Of a stretch of DNA of 64,000 bases, positions 1-8,930 are shown one piece after another. Numbering within the stretch: the stretch's first letter is position 1; the number at the start of each line of letters is the position of its first letter. A model generated the notes under the pieces. That model did no database searches. It was not told the DNA's origin and saw nothing but the letters and a program-made list of their open reading frames with translations. Source of the stretch: Bdellovibrionales bacterium (GTDB taxonomy: Bacteria > Bdellovibrionota > Bdellovibrionia > Bdellovibrionales > JAUICD01); the NCBI GenBank assembly GCA_965197425.1, contig CBDANC010000015.1, forward strand, positions 10,704 to 74,703. The letters are read 5' to 3'. Made by a program: the position numbers and the translations under genes.

Positions 1-1434
1 CTTGTTTAAGTTCTCTGTTATTGTTTGAGTTACTTCAAAGAGATGTTTGTGATCAAATTGTCTTTTGTTTAAAAATTTGGGCAAAGCAATTGAAGCTAGA
101 TTACATACAGCGACCTCATCTTTTGAAGTGTATTCCATTATTTCTGTGCATAGATTGCTTGATTTTATTGTCCCTAGATTTTTTTGATTAGATTTCATGT
201 TAACACTATCTTTATAGAGCATATAAGGAGTGCCTGTTTCTATTTGTGATTCTAAAATTTTAAACCAAATCTCTCTAGCAGGAATTGTGTTTCTAGCTTT
301 TCCCTCTTTTTCATATTTTGTGTATAGAGTTTCAAACTCTTCTCCGTAGCAGTCACTTAAACCAGGAGCTTCATTTGGACAAAATAACGACCACTGACCA
401 CTTTCCTTTACCCTTTTCATAAATAGATCAGGTGTCCATAGAGCATAAAATAGATCTCTTGCACGATTTTCTTCTTTACCATGGTTTTTTCTTAAATCTA
501 GAAAGTCAAAAATATCTGCATGCCAAGGTTCGATATAAATTGCAAAAGCACCCTTTCTTTTGCCCCCACCTTGATCCACGTATCTAGCGGTATCATTGTA
601 AACTCTCAACATTGGAACAATTCCATTAGAAACACCATTTGTTCCGCTGATATAACTTCCCTTAGCTCTTATGTTGTGAACGCTAAGCCCGATCCCTCCT
701 GCAGACTGAGATATAAGAGCGCATCTTCTAAGAGTCTCATATATCCCGTCAATACTATCATCTGTCATAGATAACAGAAAACAAGATGACAACTGTGGTT
801 TTGGAGTTCCTGAATTAAATAGGGTTGGAGAAGCGTGTGTAAACCATTTCTCAGAAAGAAGGTTATAAGTTTTTATAGCAGCCTCTATATCTTCTTTGTG
901 TATACCAACGGCAACCCTCATCAACATATGCTGAGGTCGCTCCGCAACCTTATTGTCTATTTTTAATAAATAAGATCTCTCAAGTGTTTTAAAACCAAAG
1001 TAGTCATACTCAAAATCACGGCTATAAATTATAGATGAATCCAAAATGTCTTTGTTATCCATAATTATTTCGTAGACATCATCAGACACAAGAGGGGCTT
1101 TTTGTCCATTTTTAGGGTTTACATACTTATACAGGCGGGTCATGGTTTTTGAAAAAGATTTTTCTGTGTTTTTGTGTAAGTTGGATACCGCAATTCTAGC
1201 TGCTAAAATAGCAAAGTCAGGGTGAGTAGTGGCCAAATAAGCTGCTGTTTCTGCAGCTAAGTTATCTAGCTCGCTGGTAGATACACCATCATAGACCCCA
1301 ACAATTACCTTCTTAGCCACCTCTGTTGGATCTACATAGTCACTGTCTAGAGAGTAACATAGCTTTCTTATCCTAGAGGTAATTTTATCAAACTTAACAA
1401 CTTCTTTTTTGCCACTTCTCTTTACTACATACAT
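1..1434 (-). CDS. nrdA: Ribonucleoside-diphosphate reductase class Ia large (alpha) subunit, N-terminal 478 codons; gene continues past the window start
   Basis: Absent from the ORF track because there is no stop in the window. Manual minus-strand translation from ATG 1434-1432 gives [30 protein letters not shown]...[27 protein letters not shown] (ATP-cone). Further in it gives [54 protein letters not shown], closely resembling eukaryote-type R1. 1434 nt is exactly 478 codons. Confidence 0.9.
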   Translation of the reverse strand, partial: MYVVKRSGKKEVVKFDKITSRIRKLCYSLDSDYVDPTEVAKKVIVGVYDGVSTSELDNLAAETAAYLATTHPDFAILAARIAVSNLHKNTEKSFSKTMTRLYKYVNPKNGQKAPLVSDDVYEIIMDNKDILDSSIIYSRDFEYDYFGFKTLERSYLLKIDNKVAERPQHMLMRVAVGIHKEDIEAAIKTYNLLSEKWFTHASPTLFNSGTPKPQLSSCFLLSMTDDSIDGIYETLRRCALISQSAGGIGLSVHNIRAKGSYISGTNGVSNGIVPMLRVYNDTARYVDQGGGKRKGAFAIYIEPWHADIFDFLDLRKNHGKEENRARDLFYALWTPDLFMKRVKESGQWSLFCPNEAPGLSDCYGEEFETLYTKYEKEGKARNTIPAREIWFKILESQIETGTPYMLYKDSVNMKSNQKNLGTIKSSNLCTEIMEYTSKDEVAVCNLASIALPKFLNKRQFDHKHLFEVTQTITENLNK

Positions 1435-1687
1435 ACTAATGCTACCTTAATTAACAATTATAAATTTGATATTTGAGGTTTAAGTTTCAATAAAAATATT
1501 TCCTTTCTTTAGAATCCAAGTATTTCTTAAGAAAGATAAAACCAGCTCTTATCAAATCTGTTTTAATGTGAAGGACTAAAACAGCTCCTACGATAATCCC
1601 ACAGCAGATAAGACAACAAGCAAAGCCAAACCGTATCACGACCAAATATGTGCAAAAGTCTAGCTAGTAAGTTTTAAACGACAAACG

Positions 1688-1722
1688 GGTCTTTTGTATA
1701 GGTTTTACGCTTATAAAAAATC
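1688..1722 (-). promoter_or_regulatory. Conserved bipartite motif upstream of nrdA, shared with the nrdB upstream region
   Basis: GGGTCTTTTGTATAG + GTTTTACGCTTATAAAAAA here; compare 3324-3380. Confidence 0.35.
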
Positions 1723-1916
1723 AAAAATTTGTAGTAGTAAAAAACAAAATAATTTTAGTGAGTTATAGATGCTCAATAATCACCATAATTCCTCGCAATA
1801 TAAAATATAAAAACAAATTGAATAAACCCCGTACTCAATGTAGTGTCCCGACCGACTTTATATTGATCGCAACTAGAGCTTACCTTTACTAAAGTTCTAT
1901 TTTCGTGGTCGCTGAC

Positions 1917-2180
1917 CGGAACGTAATTCACCCGCCAAAATGGAACAAGTCCCATTGTTTGCTGTTCATTAGCCTCACCTTAAGTTACAGGATCGGTATC
2001 GTGTTCAGAGCTGGGCAACCACTCGGATAAAAAAAGTGAACAAGTCCATTTGTTTTTATTATCGCTCGGAAGACCTTAAGCTACAGGATCAACATCTTGT
2101 TCTAGTGCTGGTCAGGCACTCGGCCAAAAAAAAAGCAACAAAGTCACTTTGTTTTTGGCCTCATTAACCTCACCTTTGGT
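1917..2180 (+). repeat. Modular intergenic repeat, locus 1: leader (1917-1981) plus two body-less A-C units (1982-2077, 2078-2176)
   Basis: Direct reading. It shares ACGTAATTCACC, (T/C)ACAGGATCGG.ATCGTGT.CAGAGCTGGGCAACCACTCGG.TAAAAAA, GAACAAGTCCA.TTGTTTTT and the tails ..CGGAAGACCTT / ..CCTCACCTT with loci 2-5. It ends 2-6 nt from the nrdB stop (2182-2184). Confidence 0.85.
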
Positions 2181-2181
2181 T

Positions 2182-3177
2182 TTAAAAATCGGCGTCCAGT
2201 TTGAACACCTGGTCTTTTCTCTTTGCTCTTACCCCAGATTTTTGGTAATCACCTACTCTTTTCTCAAAAAAGTTAGTTTTTCCCTGAAGAGAGATAAGCT
2301 CCATCCAATCAAATGGGCTTTTAGAGTTATACACTTTGTTAGCACCCAGGCTTAACAGAAGTCTATCTGCTACAAACTCAATATATTGGCTCATCAGCTC
2401 CGCATTCATGCCTATTAAGCTAACTGGAAGAGCGGATGTAACAAAACTTTTTTCTATCTCAACAGCCTCTGTAATTATCTGTGTAACCATATCAGTGTGT
2501 GGTTTGTTGTTAAGAAGACCAAACAGTAGACATGCAAAGTCTGTATGTAATCCTTCGTCTCTACTTATAAGTTCATTAGAAAAAGTAAGTCCTGGCATAA
2601 GGCCACGCTTTTTTAACCAGAAGATAGAACAAAAACTACCAGAGAAGAAAATCCCTTCAACGGCAGCGAAAGCTATAAGCCTGTGAGCAAAGGAATCACT
2701 ATCGTTAATCCAACGAAGTGCCCAGTTCGCTTTTTGTTTCACAGCAGGTATGGTTTCTATAGCATCAAATAAATACTGTTTTTCCTCTTCATCTTTTATG
2801 TATGTGTCTATAAGTAGACTGTAGGTTTCTGAGTGTATGTTTTCTACTGCCATTTGAAAGCCATAAAAACATCTGGCCTCTGGTATTTGTACCTCATTAC
2901 AAAACTGTATTGCTAAGTTCTCGTTTACTATACCATCACTTGCAGCAAAAAATGCCAGTACGTGTTTTATAAAATGTTGTTCATCAGAACTTAACTTTTC
3001 CCAGTCATTCATGTCTGCTGAGAGATCGATCTCCTCCGCTGTCCAAAAACTAGCTTCTGCTTTTTTGTACATATCCCAAACAGAAGGATACTTGATAGGC
3101 AACAACACAAATCTATTTGGATTTTCTTTTAAAATTGGTTCCTCTGCTAAATTTTTTGTAGTCACATCATCTGTCAT
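2182..3177 (-). CDS. nrdB: Ribonucleoside-diphosphate reductase class Ia small (beta) subunit
   Basis: 331-aa ORF with R2 hallmarks ([52 protein letters not shown] and a C-terminal acidic tail ending DADF). Confidence 0.92.
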   Translation of the reverse strand: MTDDVTTKNLAEEPILKENPNRFVLLPIKYPSVWDMYKKAEASFWTAEEIDLSADMNDWEKLSSDEQHFIKHVLAFFAASDGIVNENLAIQFCNEVQIPEARCFYGFQMAVENIHSETYSLLIDTYIKDEEEKQYLFDAIETIPAVKQKANWALRWINDSDSFAHRLIAFAAVEGIFFSGSFCSIFWLKKRGLMPGLTFSNELISRDEGLHTDFACLLFGLLNNKPHTDMVTQIITEAVEIEKSFVTSALPVSLIGMNAELMSQYIEFVADRLLLSLGANKVYNSKSPFDWMELISLQGKTNFFEKRVGDYQKSGVRAKRKDQVFKLDADF

Positions 3178-3323
3178 ATCATCTACCTCTAATTAAATGT
3201 CTAAACACAACCAACCAAACATTATGGGTCTTAATTTTTAACTTATGATCGCATACTAAATCAAACCTATAATTTATTTATCTTGTAACCTATTAAAAGA
3301 ACTAGAAATGTCTATGCCACGCT

Positions 3324-3380
3324 GGGTCTTTTGTTTGTATAGAAGTAAAACAAGCAGGTGGGCTTTACGATGTATAAAAT
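3324..3380 (-). promoter_or_regulatory. Conserved bipartite motif upstream of nrdB, shared with the nrdA upstream region
   Basis: GGGTCTTTTGTTTGTATAG, an 18-nt insert, then GGCTTTACGATGTATAAAA. Both blocks match 1688-1722. Confidence 0.35.
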
Positions 3381-3465
3381 GGACATATATAATGCAAAGA
3401 TGTATAAGGACAGACTAAAGTGATATTAAGATTTTAGAAAATATTTAATGGAATTTAGAAAATAA

Positions 3466-4413
3466 ATGAACAGCATCATTGTAAAAGCAAAAATACTAGA
3501 GGCTTATAGATCTGCACTTTATGTAGTCATATCAAGTATTATATTGAGCTTATTTTTTTCTATAGCTTTTGCACAGACAGGGCCTGTTGGTACGGCTCTA
3601 TCGGGCCCTGCTAGTGCAAAAAGTGGAATTAACCCAGAGCTTATGCTGTCTAACCCAGCATCCCTGTCTGCGGCAAAAAATGTTTATCTAGGTACTATAA
3701 CAACATTTGGAAATAGCGGTAGGCTTGAACTTACTCGCAATATATCTTTGCGGAATACTTATAGTGTATATGTGGTAGATAGAGGAAGTGATTTGTTGCT
3801 TCCGCTTTCGCTTTTTTATACTCGTAGTTACTTGGATATACGAAGCCCAATGGCACAAAGTGATATGAGCAGCGTCTATGTTGCAACTGTGTTTGATATC
3901 ACCCCAACGCTGTCTTTGGGTGCAGGGTATTATAGGAGCAATCTTGGAGATAGTAACAGTAATTACTTAAAACTTGGGACAATATATGCTTTTTCTGAAA
4001 CCGTAAGTTTTGGAGCATCCTATCACCAAGACATATTTAACAATAACACAAGTGACAACGCAATCTCTCTAGGCGCGAGGGTGCTTTTGCTAAACAAGAT
4101 AAATGTGTTTTTAGATCTTACTCGTAGAAGTTGGACGTACACTATAAGAAGTAATGATGGTGTGGCTAATAGAAATAGCATGATTAGTTTGGCATTAGAA
4201 AATAAAATTTCTGATTTTATAATACGGCTCGGAGTGAACACACCTTTTTCAAAAGATATTAAAGACGCGCATTTTTCTTGTGGACTTGGATTTGAAGGAC
4301 CTAAAATTGGTGTAGATTATGGACTGGGATACTATAGGCCCGTAACAAACAACACAACTTATGAATCTATACGTGAGTTTACACATAGCTTTGACTTAAA
4401 CATTTATTTTTGA
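3466..4413 (+). CDS. Putative outer-membrane beta-barrel protein (signal peptide ending AFAQ, alternating beta-strand pattern, C-terminal ...LNIYF)
   Basis: 315-aa ORF with an N-terminal hydrophobic leader, Gly/Tyr/Ser-rich amphipathic strands and a terminal aromatic residue. No family assignment is possible by eye. Confidence 0.5.
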   Translation: MNSIIVKAKILEAYRSALYVVISSIILSLFFSIAFAQTGPVGTALSGPASAKSGINPELMLSNPASLSAAKNVYLGTITTFGNSGRLELTRNISLRNTYSVYVVDRGSDLLLPLSLFYTRSYLDIRSPMAQSDMSSVYVATVFDITPTLSLGAGYYRSNLGDSNSNYLKLGTIYAFSETVSFGASYHQDIFNNNTSDNAISLGARVLLLNKINVFLDLTRRSWTYTIRSNDGVANRNSMISLALENKISDFIIRLGVNTPFSKDIKDAHFSCGLGFEGPKIGVDYGLGYYRPVTNNTTYESIREFTHSFDLNIYF

Positions 4414-4615
4414 GAAACTACAGCGCATGGCATCTCCAACAAAACAGACAAGACTTAGAAGAAAGATGAAGAAAGCTAAGGCAGGTGCTGAAAGAAAGAA
4501 GAAAAATAAAAACCAAGGCACTACTAAAAGTGCTAAAGTACTCTTCAAAGACTAATGCTTCCCTCCATCACATAAAAATGCAAGGATGCTATTTGAAGGT
4601 GAGAGATAGTAGGGG

Positions 4616-5170
4616 TTGTCTTTTAAGGAAGTTGAAAATGGGACACTTAAACTTAGAGCAAATAACAGAGACTTAAAGTTGATAACAGGGTTTGGTTCTA
4701 AACACTTTTTGGTACTTGTTCTCTCATCAGCTTTTTTGATTTCTTGTGAAACCACACAAAAATCCGCAGACTCAACTAGAGATTCCTTGCCTTCTAGAGG
4801 AATTTCCAGCGTTAATTCCTTCGTAGATAGCAGAGGACACTCTCCCTTGCACGAAGCAACCAGAAGTGGTGATGTAAGATTAATTACTAGCTTAGTGCAA
4901 TCAGGAGGAGATATAAACATTGGAGATGCAATGGATGAAACTCCATTACATCTGGCGGCCAGAACAGGTCAAACAGCAGCGGTTAGAACTTTGGTGCGGT
5001 TGGGCGCTACGGTAAGCACAAAAGACAGGAAAGGACATACCCCTTTGCATGAAGTAGCTAGAAATGGTGATTCAGAAGCTGTTCGTTTTTTGGTAGGAGC
5101 TGGTGCAAATATAAATGAAATAGAGAAAACGAAACTGCACTTCACTTATCAGCTAAAAACAACCAACTAG
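4616..5170 (+). CDS. Ankyrin-repeat lipoprotein, 3' end truncated by a frameshift; true start probably the TTG at 4679
   Basis: Leader KHFLVLVLSSAFLISC (lipobox-like LISC). It is followed by three ankyrin repeats (GHSPLHEATRSGDVRLITSLVQSGGDIN, DETPLHLAARTGQTAAVRTLVRLGATVS, GHTPLHEVARNGDSEAVRFLVGAGANIN). Confidence 0.65.
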   Translation: MSFKEVENGTLKLRANNRDLKLITGFGSKHFLVLVLSSAFLISCETTQKSADSTRDSLPSRGISSVNSFVDSRGHSPLHEATRSGDVRLITSLVQSGGDINIGDAMDETPLHLAARTGQTAAVRTLVRLGATVSTKDRKGHTPLHEVARNGDSEAVRFLVGAGANINEIEKTKLHFTYQLKTTN

Positions 5171-5289
5171 AAACTTCAAGAGCTTTGGTTGAGTTGGGTG
5201 CTGACACAACGCTGAGAGACAGAGGTGGAAATACAGCCCTCCAAATCGCAACGAGAAAGGGTTATCGAGAAATCGTGTTCTGTACTTGA
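5125..5289 (+). pseudogene. Displaced C-terminal ankyrin repeat of the preceding gene, in the -1 frame
   Basis: Manual translation from 5125 gives ENETALHLSAKNNQLETSRALVELGADTTLRDRGGNTALQIATRKGYREIVFCT*. This is a fourth and fifth ankyrin repeat continuing ...GANINEIE. The frame changes at the A4 run 5126-5129. Confidence 0.6.
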
Positions 5290-5310
5290 AAGGTAAAGTT
5301 ATTGTTTTAC

Positions 5311-5345
5311 CTCGCCCACTTTAGAAGTCGGGCGGGATTCTTTAC
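5311..5345 (+). terminator. Possible intrinsic terminator between the convergent ankyrin and histone-fold genes
   Basis: GC stem CTCGCCC (5311-5317) / GGGCGGG (5330-5336) with one G-U pair and a 12-nt loop, followed by ATTCTTT. The large loop and short T tract keep confidence low. Confidence 0.35.
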
Positions 5346-5551
5346 AGATGATCTACAAAGATGTCTTTATCCATAACAGTTTTTCGTTTTTGAGCTTTAG
5401 CGTTGTCCACACCTCTTTTGCAAAGTGCTTCTACAGCTTTTGAAATCTGCGTAATTGCTGAGCTAGAAGTACTAAGCCCATAATTTTCCTTTATGTGTTT
5501 TTTCACCTTGCTGGTTACAATCAGTACACTTGCTAATAAAACTTCCGGCAT
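5342..5551 (-). CDS. Bacterial histone-fold (DUF1931-type) nucleoid protein, Bdellovibrio Bd0055/HBb-like
   Basis: 69-aa ORF preceded by the strong SD AAGGAGG 6 nt upstream. The sequence VLIVTSKVKKHIKENYGLSTSSSAITQISKAVEALCKRGVDNAKAQKRKTVMDKDIFVDHL matches my recollection of the Bd0055 histone (..VTSKVKKLIKEKG..LSKAIEQLCLKGVESAKADGRKTVMARDIVIDHL). Confidence 0.7.
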   Translation of the reverse strand: MPEVLLASVLIVTSKVKKHIKENYGLSTSSSAITQISKAVEALCKRGVDNAKAQKRKTVMDKDIFVDHL

Positions 5552-5777
5552 TTAAACCTCCTTTCTACTTGCTTTTTATGAAAGGTTTTTAGGTATTTAT
5601 CAATAATTTAAACATAAATTTTTAAATAATCCCATAGTCAAATAAGAGGGATATATCAGTTAACATATTAAAAATACTAGATTAATTCAAATATTTGCAC
5701 ATCTACAAAGCTTGTCAATAAATAGTGATATTTTTTCATACATCAACCTTGGGTGAGGTTATGGGAATGCACTTTTG

Positions 5778-7028
5778 TTATGTATTTTCTACATAGATAT
5801 TGGCAGTTAGGCCTTTTAGTTTGTCTTGAATTTTTTCATACCCTCGATCTATATGGTATGCACGATGAATTATTGTTGTTCCTTTAGCTGCTAATCCTGC
5901 AATTACTAAACTTGCACTTGCTCTTAAATCAGTTGCCATCACCTGTGCCCCGCATAGATCTTTTTTTCCTCTAATAATTGCTACTGTGGTTTTAGAAGTT
6001 ATGTTTGCTCCAAGTCTATTTAGCTCCGAAACATGCATAAATCTATTTTCAAAAATTGTCTCTGTTATAACACTACTACCGCAAGCTTGAGTCATTAAGG
6101 CCATGAATTGTGCTTGTAAATCCGTAGCAAATCCAGGGTATGGTGCTGTGGTAACATCTACAGGCCCTATAGTTTTTCCCGGAGTTATTTGGATATAATC
6201 CTTCCCTGAGCTTATATTAAAACCAGCTTCTTTTAATTTGCGTGTCAGTGCATCCAGGTGTTTGGGCTCACAAATAACTTTTACATTTCCCTTTGTTATA
6301 GCACCTGCTATCAAAAATGTGCCAGCCTCTATCCTATCAGGCATTATCTCGAAAGTTTCAGGTGTTAGTTTGTCCACCCCCTCCACTTCTAATACACTTG
6401 TACCAACACCTTCTATCTTAGCCCCCATTTTTTTTAGGTAAGTTATCAGATCATTAATTTCAGGTTCCTTTGCAGCATTTTCGATTACGGTTGTTCCCTT
6501 TGCCAGCACTGCGGCCATAAGAATATTTTCAGTCCCTCCAACGCTTACGCCATCGAATACAATTCTTGATCCAGTAAGACTCAAAGCGGTTGCACTCACA
6601 TACCCATTTTTTATTTGAATGTCAGCACCCAAACTCTTTAATCCTTCAATATGTTGATTTATGGGCCTTGTTCCAATTGCACAACCACCAGGAAGGCTCA
6701 CCAAAGCTTCCCCCCATTTGGAAACAAGAGGTCCTAAGCACAGTATGCTAGCTCTCATTTGCTTTACTAATTCATAAGGGGCTTTGGTATTAGAAATATT
6801 AGAGGTATCAACAGTGATACAACTTTCTTGTCTGGTTGTTTTTGCGCCAAAACTATCTAGCAACTTTAAAGTCAGATCAACATCTTTTAGATCTGGAGTA
6901 TTTGTAAACTCATGTTTTCCTTTGGCAAGTAGGGTAGAAAATAAAATGGGAAGAACGGCATTTTTTGCTCCACTTACTTTAACTTCACCTGTTAGGGTAT
7001 TAGGACCTTTAATAACTATTTTTTTCAT
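5778..7028 (-). CDS. murA: UDP-N-acetylglucosamine 1-carboxyvinyltransferase
   Basis: 416-aa ORF with MKKIVIKGPNTLTGEVKVSGAKNAVLPILFSTLL and the active-site region LPGGCAIGTRPINQHI. Confidence 0.93.
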   Translation of the reverse strand: MKKIVIKGPNTLTGEVKVSGAKNAVLPILFSTLLAKGKHEFTNTPDLKDVDLTLKLLDSFGAKTTRQESCITVDTSNISNTKAPYELVKQMRASILCLGPLVSKWGEALVSLPGGCAIGTRPINQHIEGLKSLGADIQIKNGYVSATALSLTGSRIVFDGVSVGGTENILMAAVLAKGTTVIENAAKEPEINDLITYLKKMGAKIEGVGTSVLEVEGVDKLTPETFEIMPDRIEAGTFLIAGAITKGNVKVICEPKHLDALTRKLKEAGFNISSGKDYIQITPGKTIGPVDVTTAPYPGFATDLQAQFMALMTQACGSSVITETIFENRFMHVSELNRLGANITSKTTVAIIRGKKDLCGAQVMATDLRASASLVIAGLAAKGTTIIHRAYHIDRGYEKIQDKLKGLTANIYVENT

Positions 7029-7038
7029 ATCTACTTCC

Positions 7039-7845
7039 TTAAGGTTTTTTAGCTTTTATAATTCTAGCTACATTATGAAGATCATTTATTAGTTCTATTT
7101 TATCAAATCCATTTTTTTCAAAAATTTCTTTGGCTTTTGTTCTTTGGCCATATCCTATTTCAAAAATAGCTATCCCCTTTGTTTTTAAAAAATCATGTGA
7201 AAGCTTTGACCATTTTTGTATACATTCAAGTCCTGTCATTCCAGAGAACAAAGCTTCCCAAGGTTCGTAGTTTTTAACCCCATCATCTAAATGATCTAGG
7301 TATGAAACATAGGGCGGGTTTGATACTACAAGATCATAGTTTTTGCCTTTAAAATCAGAAACATCTGCTCTTTCAAATGAAAAGTTTTTTACCCCATGTT
7401 TAAGATAGTTCTTTTCTATTACTTCAACCGCAGACTTTGATTTTTCTATTGCATGAACTTTTAAATTTTTTCTAGATAAAGCAATAGAAATTCCAATGCA
7501 TCCTGAGCCTGCACCCATGTCCAAAACAGATCCTTCTCTAGGCAAAGAGTCTATGGCTAAAGAAACCAAAAGCTCAGTTTCAGGCCTTGGGATTAATACA
7601 TCTGGAGTTATAAAAAAATCAAATCCATAAAACTGAGTTTGACTAATTATATACTCCAAAGGCTCACCTGAATTTCTTCTTTTAATTAGTTTTGCTAGAA
7701 TAAGTTTTTGATCGTTTGTTAGGTTTATGTCAGAAAATAATAAAGCTTCTTTTTTTATTTTTAGTATGTGACAAAGTAGGAGTTCTGCATCCAGCCTTGG
7801 ATTTTCTGCATGAAACTCTTTTGCAATAGCGTTTATTAAAGACAT
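7039..7845 (-). CDS. prmC: Release-factor glutamine N5-methyltransferase
   Basis: 268-aa ORF with SAM motif VLDMGAGSGCIGISIA and catalytic VSNPPY. It lies immediately downstream of prfA. Confidence 0.88.
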   Translation of the reverse strand: MSLINAIAKEFHAENPRLDAELLLCHILKIKKEALLFSDINLTNDQKLILAKLIKRRNSGEPLEYIISQTQFYGFDFFITPDVLIPRPETELLVSLAIDSLPREGSVLDMGAGSGCIGISIALSRKNLKVHAIEKSKSAVEVIEKNYLKHGVKNFSFERADVSDFKGKNYDLVVSNPPYVSYLDHLDDGVKNYEPWEALFSGMTGLECIQKWSKLSHDFLKTKGIAIFEIGYGQRTKAKEIFEKNGFDKIELINDLHNVARIIKAKKP

Positions 7846-7862
7846 TACTTTACCGTATTCCT

Positions 7863-8930
7863 TTAACCATCTTTTAAAGCTTGGGTTTGAAAATATGTTG
7901 TTACATGATCTATTAAATTTGACATCTGACCATTCATTACATCGCCTAGCGCTTTTGTGGTATATCCCACTCTGTGGTCCGTTATCCTAGATTGTGGAAA
8001 ATTGTAAGTTCTAATTCTTTCTGATCTATCTCCAGTGCCTATTTGTTGGAGTCTTTTTTCAGATTCACTTTGCCTAAATTTCCTGTTTTCCATATCTAAA
8101 AGTCGTGCATATAGAACCTTCATAGCTTTATTTTTATTTTTTAACTGGGATTTCTCATCCTGACAAGACACCACTATTCCAGATGATATGTGTTTTATCC
8201 TGACAGCAGAATCAGTAGTGTTTACATGTTGCCCTCCACTTCCACTAGATCTATAGACATCTATTTTTAAATCGTCAGGATCTATTTTTACATCTACCTC
8301 ATCTGCTTCTGGTAATACAGCAACGGTAATTGTAGAAGTATGAACTCTCCCCTGACTTTCAGTTCTGGGCACTCTTTGAACTCTATGTACTCCACTTTCA
8401 TATTTTAATTTGCTAAATACCTTATCTCCACTCAAAGCTGCTATTACTTCTTTATATCCCCCGGCATTTCCTTCTGAAATAGAAATTACATCTACCTTCC
8501 ATTTTTTACTTGTTGCAAAAAGGCCATATGCTCTAAACAATTCCTCCGTAAACAAACTGGCTTCGTCACCTCCAGCACCTGCTCTTATCTCTAAAATTAT
8601 GTTTTTGTTGTCATTTGGATCTTTTGGAATAAGTTGTTCTTTAAGTTTTTTTTCTAAAACCTCTTTTTTTGCTTTCAGATCTCCTATTTCATCCCTAGCA
8701 AGTTTGGTTAGTTCTTGATCTGTTGAATCATTTATTAACTCTTGGTTTGATTCAATTTGTGCTTTAATAACTTTAAATTGTCCGTAGATCTCCATCATAG
8801 GGTTAATCTCAGAAAACTCTTTCATCAGCTCTTGATATAGGGATTTGTTTTTGATAACTTCCGCATCTTGAAGCTTTTTTTTAATCTCTTCAAATCGCAG
8901 ATTGATGTCGTCTAAATCTTTAAACAACAT
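7863..8930 (-). CDS. prfA: Peptide chain release factor 1
   Basis: 355-aa ORF with the PRT-type tripeptide region (VQRVPRTESQGRVHTS) and GGQ motif (RSSGSGGQHVNTTDSAVR). Confidence 0.93.
   Translation of the reverse strand: MLFKDLDDINLRFEEIKKKLQDAEVIKNKSLYQELMKEFSEINPMMEIYGQFKVIKAQIESNQELINDSTDQELTKLARDEIGDLKAKKEVLEKKLKEQLIPKDPNDNKNIILEIRAGAGGDEASLFTEELFRAYGLFATSKKWKVDVISISEGNAGGYKEVIAALSGDKVFSKLKYESGVHRVQRVPRTESQGRVHTSTITVAVLPEADEVDVKIDPDDLKIDVYRSSGSGGQHVNTTDSAVRIKHISSGIVVSCQDEKSQLKNKNKAMKVLYARLLDMENRKFRQSESEKRLQQIGTGDRSERIRTYNFPQSRITDHRVGYTTKALGDVMNGQMSNLIDHVTTYFQTQALKDG

Noticed and set aside
520-774. Numerous 60-165-aa ORFs antisense to long genes (for example 520..774, 2336..2686, 9903..10232, 14361..14801, 51971..52465, 55055..55525, 56115..56522, 45595..46011)
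   Set aside because: Each lies entirely inside a well-supported gene on the opposite strand and has low-complexity, Ser/Leu/Phe-rich composition typical of antisense frames in AT-rich genomes.
1437-1916. NrdR boxes or a riboswitch in the nrd upstream regions (also 3178-3465)
   Set aside because: I found no 16-bp acaCwAtATaTwGtgt-type palindrome pair and no B12- or other riboswitch core. I report only the lineage-specific shared motif.
1982-2176. Chained ~100-160-nt units interpreted as a CRISPR array
   Set aside because: There is no alternation of short identical repeats with unique spacers. The whole unit is the repeat, its length is far above CRISPR repeat size, and no cas genes are present.
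5741-5777. ATAACCTCACC downstream of the murA stop resembling the repeat tail TTAACCTCACC
   Set aside because: Only ~10 nt match, with no adjoining A, B or C modules. This is within chance expectation for a 64-kb window.
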